Source of the DNA: the human T2T-CHM13v2.0 reference genome, Homo sapiens
Reading direction: 5' to 3' (one strand)
Assembly: GCF_009914755.1 (NCBI RefSeq)
Contig: NC_060928.1
DNA: 64,000 nt
Shown here: piece after piece, positions 44,997 to 57,008 of the stretch
How the letters are laid out: each line of letters starts with the position of its first letter
Position numbering within the stretch: position 1 is the stretch's first letter
Made by a program: the position numbers and the translations under genes
The notes under the pieces: generated by a model
What the model saw: only the letters and a program-made list of their open reading frames with translations
What the model was told of the DNA's origin: nothing
Database searches by the model: none

Positions 44997-46833
44997 ACAG
45001 TTTCTTTATCCACTTGTTGATTGATGGGCATTTGGGTTGGTTCCACAATTTTGCAGTTGTGAATTGTGCTGTTATAAACATGCGTGTACAAGTATATCTT
45101 TCAAATAATGACTTATTTTCCTCTGGGTAGATACCCAGTAGTGGGACTGCTGGATGAAATGGTAGTTCTACTTTTAGTTATTTAAGGAATCTCCACACTG
45201 TTTTCCATGGTGGCTGTATTCCCACCAGCAGTGTAGAAGTGTTCCCTGTTTACCGCATCTATGCCAACATCTACTGTTTTTTTATTTTTTGATTATGGCC
45301 ATTCTTGCAGGAGTGAGGTGGTATTGCATTTTGGTTTTGATTTGCAGTTCCCTGATCATTAGTGATGTTGAGCATTTTTTCATGTTTGTTGGCCATTTGT
45401 ATATCTTCTTTCGAGAATTGTGTATTCATGTCCTTAGCCCATTTTTGGATGGGATTTTTTTTTCTTACTGATTTGTTTGAGTTCATTGTAGATTCTGTAT
45501 ATTAGCCCTTTGTCAGATGTACAGAAGATTTTCTCCCACTCTGTGGGTCATCTGTTTACTCTGCTGACTCTCTTGTCTGTTTACTCTGCTGACTGTTCCT
45601 TTCGCTGTGCAAAAGCTCTTTAGTTTAATAAGGTCCCAACAATTTATATTTGTTTTTATTGCATTTGCTTTTGGGTTCTTGGTCATGAAATCCTTGCCTA
45701 AGCCAATGTCTAGAAGGGTTTTTTCCAATGTTATCCTCTAGAATTTTCATAGTTTCAGGTATTAGGTTTAAGTCCTTAATCCATCTTGAGTTGATTTTTG
45801 TATAAGGTGAGGGATGAGGATCCAGTTTCATTCTCCTACGTGTGGCCAGGCAATTATCCCAGCACCATTTGTTGAAATGTCCTTTCCCTATCTTATGTTT
45901 TTGTTTATTTGTCAAAGATCAGTTGGCTCTAAGTATCTGGGTTTATTTCTGGGTTCTCTACTACGTTCCAATGGTCTATGTACCTATTTTTATACCGGTA
46001 CTACACTGTTTTGGTAACTATGGCCTTACAGTATAGTTTGAAATCAGGTAATGGGATGTCTCCAGGTTTGTTCTTTTTGCTTAGTCTTGCTTTGTCTATG
46101 TAGGCTCTTTTTTAGTTCCATATGAATTTCAGAATTATTTTTTTCTAATTCTGCGAAGAATGATGGTGGTATTCTGATGGGGATTGCGTTGAATTTGTAG
46201 ATTGCTTTTGGCAGTATGGTCATTTTCACAATATTGATTCTACCCAACCATGAGCATGGGATGTGTTTCCATTTGTTTGTGTTGTCTATGATTTCTTTCA
46301 AAACACTCTCAGCAGTGTTTTGTAGTCTTCCTTGTAGAGGTCTTTAGACTCCTTTCTTAGGTATATTCCTACACATTTGATTTTATATTTTTTGCAGGTA
46401 TTGTAAAAGGGGATAAGTTCTTGATTTCATTTTCTGCTTGGTTGCTGTTGGTGTATAGAAGAGTTATTGATTTCTGTACATTATTCTTGTATCCGGAGAC
46501 GTTGCTGAATTCTTTTATCAGTTCTAGGAGGTTTCTAGGGGGGTCCTTAGGGTTTTCAAGGTCAACGATCATATCATCAGCAAACAGTGACAGTCTGACT
46601 TCCTCTTTACTAATTTGGATACTGTTTATTTCTTTCTCTTGTCTGATCGCTCTGGCTAGGACTTCCAGTACTATGTTGAAGAGGAGTGGTGACAGTGGGC
46701 ATCCTTGTCTTGTTCCAGTTCTCAGAGGGAATGCTTTCAACTTTTCCCGATTCAGTATCATGTTGGCTGTGGGTTTCTCACAGAAGGCTTTTATTACATT
46801 AAGGTATATACCTTGTATGCCGATTTTGCTGAG

Positions 46834-47134
46834 TTTTTTTTTTTTTTTTTTGAGATGGAATCTCACCTTGCTACCCAGGCTGGAGTGCAGTGGCGCGATC
46901 TTGGCTCATTGCAACCTCCGCCTCCTGGGTTCATGCGATTCTCCTGCCTCAGCCTCCCCAAGTAGCTGAGACTACAGGTGCGCGCCACCACCCCTGGCTA
47001 ATTTTTGTATTTTTAGTAGAGACGGGGTTTTGCCATGTTGGCCAGGCTGCTCTTGAGCTCCTAATCTCAGGTGATCCTCCCACCTCAGTCTCCCAAAGTG
47101 TTGGCATTACAGGCATGAGCCAGTATGCCCAGCT
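46834..47134 (-). mobile_element. Alu (AluS) inserted in the L1PB RT domain
   Basis: polyT plus dimer; short TSD gagtttt; ORF2 homology continues on both sides. Confidence 0.95.
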
Positions 47135-50100
47135 GGGAGTTTTAATCAAAAAGCGATGCTGGATTTTGTCTAATGCATTTTTTGCATCTATTGAGATGAT
47201 CATGTGATTTTTTTGTTTTTAATTCTGTTTATGTAACATATCACATTTATTGACTTGCATATGTTAAAGCATCCCTGCATGCCTGGTATGAAACCCACTT
47301 GATCATGGTGGATTATCTTTTCGATATGTTGTTGGATTCGGTTAGCTAGTATTTTGTTAAGAATTTTAGCATCTATGTGCATCGGCGATATCAGTCTGTA
47401 GTTTTCTTTTTTTGGTTATGTTCTTTCCTGGTTCTGGTATTAGGGTGATGAATTAGGGAGGGTTCCTTCTTTCTCTGTCTTGTGGAATAGTGTCAAAAGG
47501 ATTGGTACCAATTCTTTGAATGTCTGATAGAATTCTGCTGTGAATCCATCTGGTCCTGGACTTTTTTTTGTTGACAATTTTTTAGTTACCATTTCAGTCT
47601 TTTTAGTTACCATTTTAATCTGCTTGTTATTGGTCTGCTCAAGGTATCTAATTCTTCCAGATTTAAGCCAGGAGGATTGTATTTTTCCAAGATTTTATCC
47701 ATCTCTTCTAGGTTTTCTAGTTTATGTGTGTAAAGGTGTTTATAGTAGCCTTGAATGATCTTTTGTATTTCAGTGGTGTCAGTTTTAATATCTCCTATTT
47801 TGTTCCTTAGTGAGGTTATTTGGATTTTCTCTCTTCTTTTCTTGGTTAATGTTGCTAATGGTCTATCAATTTTATTTATCTTTTCAAAGAACCAGCTTTT
47901 TGTTTCATTTATCTTTTGTATTGTTTGTTTGTTTCAATTTCATTTAGTTCTGCTCTGATCTTGGTTATTGCTTTTCTTCTGCTGGGTTTGGGTTTGGTTT
48001 GTTCTTGTTTCTCTACTTCTTTGAGTTGTGACCTTAGATTGTTTGTGTTCTTTCAGACTTTTTGATGTAGGCATTCAGGGCTATGAACTTTCATCTCAGC
48101 ATTGCCTCTGCTGTATCTCAGAGGTTTTGATAGGTTGTGTCATTACTGTCAATTCAGTTTGAAGAATTTTTAAATTGCCATCTTGATTTTGTTTTTGACC
48201 CAATGCTCATTCAGGAGCAGGTTAATTTCCATGTATTTGTATGGTTTTGAAGGTTCCTTTTGGAGTTGACGTCCAATTTTATTCCACTGTGGTCTGAGAG
48301 AGTGCTTGATATAATTTCAATTTTCTTAAATTTATTGAGGCTTGTTTTACGGCCTATCATATGGTCCATCTTGGAGAAAGTTCCATGCGCTGTTGAATAG
48401 AATGTGTATTCTGCAGTTGCTGGATGAAATGTTCTGTATACATCTGTTAAGTCCATTTGTTCCAAGGTATAGTTTAAATCCATTGTTTCTTTGTTGACTT
48501 TCTGTCTTGATGACCTGTCTAGTGCTGTCAGTGGAGTATTGACGTCTCCCACTATTATTGTGTTGCTGTTTATCTCATTTCTTAGGTCTATTAGTAATTG
48601 TTTTATAAATCTGGGAGCTCCACTGTTACGTGCATATATGTTTAGGATTTTAACCACTGCTGCTTTAAAGTTTGTTTTGTCTGATACAAGAATAGCAACG
48701 CCTCTTTGCTTTTGGTGTCATTTGCATGAAATGCCTTTTATACCCCTTTACTTTAAGTTTATATGAGTCCTTGTGTGTTAGGTGAGTTTCCTGAAGGCAG
48801 CAGATAGTTGGTTGGTGAGTTCTTATACATTCTGCGGTTCTGTATCTTTTAAGTGGAGCATTTAGGCCACTAATATTCAATGTTATTATTGAAATGTGAA
48901 GTACCGTTGCATTCATCATGCTCTTTGTTGCCTGTGTACTTTGGTTTTTTGATTTTTAACTTTTTTTTTTTGCTTTATAGATCTGTGTGATTTATGTTTT
49001 AAAGAGGTTCTGTTTTGATGTATTTCCAGAATTTGTTTCAAGATTTAGAGCTCCTTTTAGCAGTTCTTTTAGTGATAGCTTGGTGGTGGCAAATTCTCTC
49101 AGCATTTGTTTGTCTGAAAATGGCTGTATCTTTCCTTCATATGTGATACTTAGTTTCACTGGATACAAAATTTTTGGCTGATAACTGTTTTGTTTGAGGA
49201 GGCTGAAGATAGGTCCCTAATCCCTTCTAGCTTTGAGGGTTTCTGCTGAGAAATCTGCTGTTAATCTGATAGGTTTTCCTTTATAGGTTACCTGGTGCTT
49301 CTGTCTCACAGCTCTTAAGATTCTTTCCTTTGTCTTAACTTTGGATAACCTGATGACAATGTGCCTAGGCAATGATCTTTCTGTGATGAATTTCCTGGGT
49401 GTTCTTTGTGCTTCTTATATTTGGATGTTGAAGTCTCCTGCAAGACCGGGGAAGTTTTTCTCGATTATTCCCCCAAATATGCTTTCCAGGCTTTTAGAAT
49501 TCTCTTCTTCCTCAAGTACACCGATTATTCTTACGTTTGGCTATTTAACTTAATCCCAGACTTCCTGGAGGTTTTGTTCATATTTTCTTATTCTTTTTCC
49601 TTTGTCTTTGTTGGATTGGGTTAATTTAAAGACCATGTCTTTGAGCTCTGAATTTCTTTCTTCTACTTGTTCAATTCTATTGCTTAGACTTTCCAGAGCA
49701 TTTCACATTTCTAAAAGTGTGTCCAAAGTTTCCAGAATTTTTGATTGTTTTTTTCTTTAAGCTATCTATTTCCATGAATATTTCTCCCTTCACTTCTTTT
49801 ATCATTTTCTGGATTTCCTTGGATTGGGCTTTGCCTTTCTCTGGTCCCTCCCTGATTAGCTGAATAACTAACCTCTTGAATTCTTTTTGAGATAAATCAG
49901 GGATTTCTTCTTGGTTTGGATCCATTGCTGGTGCACTTGTGTGATTTTCTGGGGTGTTGAAGAGCCTTGTTTTGCCATATTACCAGGGTTGGTTTTCTGG
50001 TTTCTTCTCATTTGTGCAGGCTCTGTCAGAGGGACGGTCTAGGGCTGAAAGCTGCTGTTCAGATTCTTTTGTCCCACAGGGTGTTCCCTTGATGAACTAC

Positions 50101-52610
50101 TCTCCCTCTTTTCCTATGGATGTGGTTTCCTGTGAGCCAAACTGCAGTGATTGTTGTCTCTCTTCTAGCCACCCAGCAAGTCTACCTGGCTCCGGGCTGG
50201 CATTGGGGGTTGTCTGCACAGAGTCCTGTGATGTGAACTGTCTATGGGTCTCTCAGGTGGGGATACCAGCACTTATTCCAGTGGAGGTGGTGAAGGGTGC
50301 AATGGACTCTGTGAGGGTTTTTAGCTTTGGTGGTTTAACGCTCTATTTTTGTGCTGGTTGGCCTCCTGCCAGGAAGTGGCGATTTCCAGAAAGCATCAGT
50401 TGTAGTAGTGTGCTGAGGGAACTGTGATGGGTGGGGCCTAAGAACTCCCAAGAGTATATGCCCTTTGTCTTCTGCTACCAGGGTGGATAGGGAAGGACCA
50501 TCAGGTGGGGGTATGGCTAGGCACGTCTGAGCTCAGACTCTCCTTGGGTGGGTCTTGCTGTGGCTGCTGTGGGGGGTGGGGTCGAGATTCCCAGTTCACT
50601 GGAGTTGTGTACCAAGGAGGATTATGGCTGCCTCTGCTGAGTCATGCAGGTTTTCAAGGAAGTGGGGGAAAGCCGGCAGTCACAGGCCTCACCCTGCTCC
50701 CAGGCAAACTAAAGGGCTGGTTTCACTCCCACTGAGCCACCCCAACAGCCCAAGTCTGTTTCCAGGGAGAGGGCAAGAGGGGCTTGAACACTTGCCCAAG
50801 GCTATCTGCCTCCCAGCAGCCACAGAAAAGGGCTTTAGTTCTTCCCCTGCCTGTGAAGTCTGCAGGCCTGATTTGGGCCATCCCCCGAGTTCTGGCAAGG
50901 AGGCTTCTCACCCTGTTCAAATTGTTACAAAGTTCAGCTAGAGAATTCCTTCTCCTTGTGGAGTTTTACCCCCTGCTCCTCTGGCCACCCTCCCGATGGA
51001 TCCCTGTGGTGTCAGGTAGGAGTGGGCTGCTTGGGGACCCAGAGAGCTCCCAGGACCTTGCTGCTGCTTCTTCTACCCTTGTATTTCACTGGGCTCTCTA
51101 AGTTGACTCAGCTCCAGGTGAAGTCAGAAACTTCTCCCACAAACAGACCTTCAGCTTCTCCAGTGGGGGTGTGTGTTCAGGAGAGGAGGGTCTCCCTTTC
51201 CCACTTCTGCAGTTGGGGCACTCACAGTAACTGGGGTGTCTCCCAGGTCCTCCGGGAGCAGTCCGCTTCCTTCAGAGGGTCTGTGGGTCCTCTCGGGATT
51301 GCTGGTTTGTTCTTGCAGTGGATCTGGAGCTAAAATTCACAATGCAAGCCTCCGCATGCTGCTTTTTCTGGAGCTGCAATCTAGTCCTGCCTCCTGTCCA
51401 CCATGATCCCCTGAATCCAGTATTGCACATAACCTATGCACAACCTCCTGTATGTGTTAAATCATCTCCAGATGACTTATAATACCTAATACAATGTGAA
51501 TGCTATGTTATATATATATGTTACACTGTATTTTAAATTTTGTATTTTTGTATTTTTATCTTTTAAACCAAATGTTTTCAATTCATGGTTGGTTGAATCT
51601 GCAATATGAAACCCATAGATAGTGGGATTTGGAAAGGTCTTCTCTACTTGGAGAGTATTAAGAAAAATTCATGTTTTCTTTTAGTACTTCTGTGGCTATT
51701 TTTCTAAGTTTAAATCTTTGAAGCATCAGCATTTATTTTGGTGTATATAGTTAAGAGCTGGTATTCAACTTTCTTGTTTTCCAGATGGTTATCCAATTGT
51801 CATAGTATTTTCTATTGAATAATCTCCCATCCCTCCACTGATCTTAAAAGCCAGTTTTATTGTGTGCAAAATTCCTATATTATTTGGATTTATTTCTTGA
51901 CCTTCTGTTAATCTGTCTGATAATCGATGAGCAAATACCACGGACTATTTTAATTATTGTAGCTATAATATGCTTTCCTATCTGGTAGAGCTAGTTCCTC
52001 CCATTATTTGTCTTTTCTAGAATATTCCTGGCTCTTCTTTAGGAACTTAGAATAATCAATTGGTATTTTTCTTAGAATTATACTATATTTACAGATTAAC
52101 TTAGGGAAAATTTATATCTTGAGGATGCTGAGTCTTCCTATCCATGGATGTTGTATACTTTCGCATTTGGTTCTAGTTTTTTACCCTCTCCTCCTCTTTT
52201 GATGAGCCACTGTAACATTTCAAAGCTTTTTTCATATATATCTTTCTTTATTACACATACTTCTAAAGTTAGGTATGTACTCTATGTGGGTAATGTTATC
52301 ACATATAGGTCTAATTTCTAAACAGACGTGGCAATAAGAACTATTAGCTATGGGTTTATATAAAAGTCATTCATTTTTGTTTTGTTTTTTGTTAAGTGCC
52401 TAGTTCTTGAAACTTAGCAAACTCAGGCTCGAAAAATTCACTAGAACTATAGCCATAAAACATACCTCTTTTTGACTCCAGCTAATAAATATTTCTCTTC
52501 TAAAATGTTTTAGCATGAAAACAGAACTCATCAGATTTTCAGAAACCTTTGCTCCCTGTTGGCTTCGTTTTCAATTTTGAGAGTACACAGATCTTAGTGC
52601 TGTTGCATTA

Positions 52611-52772
<162 letters not shown>

Positions 52773-53324
52773 TTAAAATAATAAAAAATAACTGTTAAAA
52801 TAGAGTACACTAGTACAAAACATTAATATGTATACTCAGAATATAAAACTACTTCTTTCCTGCCTTGAAATCTCTTTCTCAAAAAAGTAAAAGTACATGA
52901 TTTGTGGATAATATAGAGGAGGAGATGGTCAGCTTAATGCAGCTGAGACTTTAGATTACATATGATAACATTACACTTATTTTCAAACATGTTCTAATAT
53001 AAGTAGAGCCATATTTCTCCATTATTTGAATTTTTTGATAGCTGCATAGGTTCAGGCAATAGTGCACATTTCCTGCAGACATCACAACAGCACCAATCTA
53101 AACAAAAATCCTACTGCAGCTGTTTAAGCTGCTATGCCTGCCCACCATTTATACATGTGACTTCACTGGGATTTCATAGTAATTTCACTTTCAAATTATA
53201 CAATTGGAAATGTTAAACTATTTCATTCTGTAAAACAATATGGAACTAAAAAAAATCAGATGTGGGCACAGCACAGGCTTAGAGAGTGACATCTATTGGC
53301 AAAATATGAAATTGTAGCCTAGCT

Positions 53325-54380
53325 TTATTAGTATTTATTCAAAAATATTTACTAAACACCCACAGCGTACTAGGCACTACTAGAGGCACTAGGGATACAG
53401 TGATGAACAAGACAGACAAAAGCCTCTGCTCTTAACTTTCATTCGATTTGGGGGAGACATAATAGACAAGGTAATTAGATAAAATGTGTAAGATGTCAGA
53501 TAATAATAAGCACTAGGGAGAAAAATGAAGGGAACATGGAAGGTGATTTTTAAATAAAGGTCTATAGATCTATCAGTCCTATAGATGTTCAGTCTAACAG
53601 TGTGGACATCTGGGGAAGAACATACACCAGAAAGAAAGAAAAGCAAATGTGGTAGAGAGGAAGGTGAGGGCTGATTACCTGGCATGTTCTAGGAACAGCA
53701 GGGACACCAGGGTGAATGAGCAGAAGAGAATGAGAAGAGAGTAAGAAAAGACAGAGATAAAGAGCTAAGGTGAGCCACATCACATAGGTCCTTAGAGGTG
53801 ATATTCAAGACTTTGGCCTTTACTCTGAGATGAAGCCACTAGACTAGAGGGCTTTGAGCAGAGGAGTCACTTGATATGATTTACATTTCACAGCATCACT
53901 CTGGCTGCTGTGTTGAAACTGACTGCAGTGGACTAAGGACAGAAGTAGAGAGACCAGGGGTAGGAGGCAATTATTGTAACCTACGGGAGAGAGGAAAGTG
54001 GGCTGGGTCATTGTGGTAGCAGTGGCAGTGGTGAGATTCTAGATGTATTCCAAAAGTAGAGCTGCAAGGGTTTGCTGACAGATCAGAGGAAATGAGGAGT
54101 TAAGAAGGCCTTAAGATTCTTGGGCTAAACAAGTAGAAAAAGGGGACTGTCATTAATTAAAAGGGGAAGACAGAAGGAGCCAGTGGTTTATGAGGAATGA
54201 CCCCAGCTCAGTCTTGGACATGGTAAGTTAGAGAAGCCTGATCAGCATCCAAGTGGAGGTGTCAGGTCTGCGGTTAGGAAGAGGGCTGGGCTAGAGATGT
54301 AATCAGCTTATGTATGTGATTTTAAGCCATAAAACTGGGTGAGATCATATGGTGGGTGAGCATAGACTGGAGAGTGAAGC
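53325..54380 (-). mobile_element. L2 (~1 kb 3' portion)
   Basis: atttattcaaaaatatttactaaacacc...ctagggatacagtgatgaacaagacagac...catcactctggctgctgtgttga...catccaagtggaggtgtca. Confidence 0.85.
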
Positions 54381-56394
54381 CTGAAGAGTCATGGGTTATT
54401 GAAAAGAAGAGAGGGAGGCCCACTGTTTACTGCAAAGTAGTGAACAGGCTCCAAACCACTCCCTTCAGTGTAGTACCATCATGTTCCCTTGATTTAAGAA
54501 TTACTAAGTAAATTACAGTAAATACTCAATAAAAATAATGTGCATCACTTAATGTAATTAAAATAATTTAATCTAAAGTATATTCTCTAATATTATAGTA
54601 AATCTTAGTAATAACAATAAAACAATAGTAACAGAATAGGGAAATCTATCAAAGTGAAGAAATGAAACCCTGCCATTATAATAATCTAATGCCTTTTCTA
54701 AAAATGGAAGGCTCTTAATGAATATGGGTAGGTGTAGATAATTACACAAAGGCAATCAATATCCATGGTAAAAATGGTAACTGATAAATATAACGTTTCA
54801 TGATGTTGTACAGCAGCTTAGAGAGGTTTCCACTTTTAAAATAAAATTTTAATGCCACATTAGAGTTCTATGTTAGTTAACCCACAGAACAACCCTATGA
54901 CATAGGTGAGATTATTATTGCTGCTATTCACCAGAAGAAACTCATACTAGAATTGATAAAGTGACTTCCCAAAAAGGTAGAGTTGGAAGAATAATTTAGG
55001 AAGTCTGATAACATTGCTGTGCCTCAAGGCCAGGAGAGGTTTTTCTAAATACTAATTTGCAATATAATTTACTGTTGGTCTAATAAGACATTGAAGATGC
55101 TCTTTGGAAATGAGAAGCAACAGAATGTTGAGAGAAGCACACTCTACTAGCCAGCATTTCTACTGACAACTGACATTATGTGCCTTTTGCATAGTATGAG
55201 ATTGAATATAAAACCACAGGTTTCATCTTTAATATACACTGAACTGAATAAACTTTAAAGTCCAAAGAAATAACTAAATGTAATTTAAATTTGTTTTAAT
55301 TCAATAAGTATTTATGGGGAACCTCCAATATGTTGCAAGGTCACGAATCATTTGCATAAGGGTTGGTCTGCTGTAGTCTAAGATTCACTTCTGTGAATTT
55401 TCAGTAAATGTAACTAAGACTTTTTAGATTGTAGGCATACAGAATGGAAAAAAATGGCCACTGTCTTATGAACACATTGGAAGATTTTCTTCTATGGGTG
55501 TTCAAAAACAGAGACCTTCAAATGCCAGGATTGTTCTAAAAGGATTTTAAAAAAAAATACCCTTCAAAAATTTGTTACTGTAACAACCCAGGATGATTTT
55601 CTCCCGAAAACAATATTTCATCTTCCACATATAGGATAGGAGAGTTGTAAGAGACTGTTGCAGACATGTCATTTTCAGAAAATTTTGTCGTTTATATTTT
55701 TAGTTGTGTAAACATTAACAATTTAAATTATACCTACACAAATATATAATGTGTGTCTCATTCCTTAATTCATATTAAACCAACACAACACACAACCAAA
55801 ATCTGTCCAGTAGGACTCAGGGAACTTTAGTCATCCATCCGTGTACTCGAGTTCAGTGTACCTCCTGCTTGAGGTTGGGGCAGCTTTTTGGGCATAAGGC
55901 AGCCATTCTAGAAGACAGAAAGCTTCCAAGGTTAGGATAAACTTGAATGAAGTAGCAAGATGCTCAGGTCAGTTAGTGCACGTGTAAAACAAATTGAAAG
56001 ACTTATAGGAAGACCAGATGAACTAAATTAAAGGGAAAATAAAAGCAAAAATGCCTTATGGACTTAAAAAACAATAACAAAGTTGAGTTTAAAAATAAAT
56101 CAAAGGTATCATTTTTTTCTAATGTTTTAAACTATAGTATTGCTTTTAACTGTAGAATAATTCAGTAAGTGTTTAAAAGTTAATCTCATTATTTTAAAAG
56201 TTACTGCATTCAATAAAAATTGTCTTTTACAATTTTCAATTATTTTGAAATCAAGAAGCAACTTTTTGTTATACTTGGCCTGGTCCCAACTGAGAAAATA
56301 CAGATTATGTGACATGCAGGTCTCTAAGCGTCAATAGCATAAGAACAGAAAAGTAGAAAAACGAAGGGCAGGGAGGAGAAAGCACAATGAAAAG

Positions 56395-56605
56395 GGGACC
56401 AGCTTCGCAACCAGGGTCCATCTGGGTCTCAATCCTACCTGAGTCAATAAGGAGCTATCAGAGCCTCAGCCAAGTGGCTCAATGTTTCTAGCATTGGTAT
56501 CTTGATCTATAAAATGCAAAGAGTAATGCCTACTTTCTATATTATTAAATGGTTTCAAATGAATAATATACACATAAAGCAAGAAGCACAAAGCCTGGCC
56601 TGAAG
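56395..56605 (+). mobile_element. MIR
   Basis: ctgggtctcaatcct...atctataaaatg...aaatgaataatatacacataaagc...gcctggc. Confidence 0.55.
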
Positions 56606-56704
56606 AAAGAACTAAAAAAAAAAAGAAAAAACTAAAAAAAATTTAAAAAGGTGGTAGAGGTGGTAGTGATGAACATTTTGTTAGCTCACTTAAAAAAAAA
56701 ATGG

Positions 56705-57008
56705 GGCCAGGTGCGGTGGCTCACGCCTGTAATCCCAGCACTTTGGGAGGCCGAGGTGGGTGGATCACGAGATCAGGTGATCGAGACTATCCTGGCTAAC
56801 ACGGTGACACCCCATCTCTACTAAAAATATAAAAAATTAGCCGGGCATGGTGGCGGGTGCCTGTAGTCCCAGCTACTTGGGAGGCTGAGGCTGAGGCAGG
56901 AGAATGGCGTGAACCCGGGAGGCGGAGCTTGCAGTGAGCTTGCACCATTGCACTCCAGCCTAGGCGACAGAGTGAGACTCCATCTCAAAAAAAAAAAAAA
57001 AAAAAAAA
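56705..57008 (+). mobile_element. AluY
   Basis: Y-diagnostic atcctggctaacacggtg and gaatggcgtgaacccgggaggcggagcttgcagtgagc; ~A22 tail. Confidence 0.93.

Larger units (their letters stand above)
44543..51417 (-). mobile_element. Full-length, decayed L1PB (L1PB1 3' end / L1PBa-like 5'UTR)
   Basis: 5'UTR start (rev) gggatcatggtggacaggaggcaggactagattgcagc; ORF1 relic 49677..49925; EN relics 48211..48919; RT relic 46369..46866 ([16 protein letters not shown]); 20-bp TSD cagtattgYacataaYctat at 44523-44542 and 51418-51437. Confidence 0.93.
44419..51625 (+). mobile_element. MER2 (Tigger MITE) split into 44419-44542 and 51418-51625
   Basis: ggggattggttccagga...gataccaaa.tcca...tataaaatggc.cagtatt continues as cataacctatgcac..cctcctgtat...aaatcatctc.agatgacttataatacctaatacaatgt. 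Confidence 0.85.
43440..52250 (-). mobile_element. Ancient L1M (L1MC/ME-like) pieces at 43440-44418 and about 51626-52250, host of the nested stack
   Basis: ggataaattcctaaaagtggaattgttgagtc, tttaatttgcatttct, and ORF2-like AT-rich sequence continuing on the far side of the MER2. Confidence 0.7.

Noticed and set aside
44900-51406. Cluster of many ORFs on both strands
   Set aside because: All are decayed L1PB ORF1/ORF2 or 5'UTR pieces, their antisense frames, or Alu-derived.
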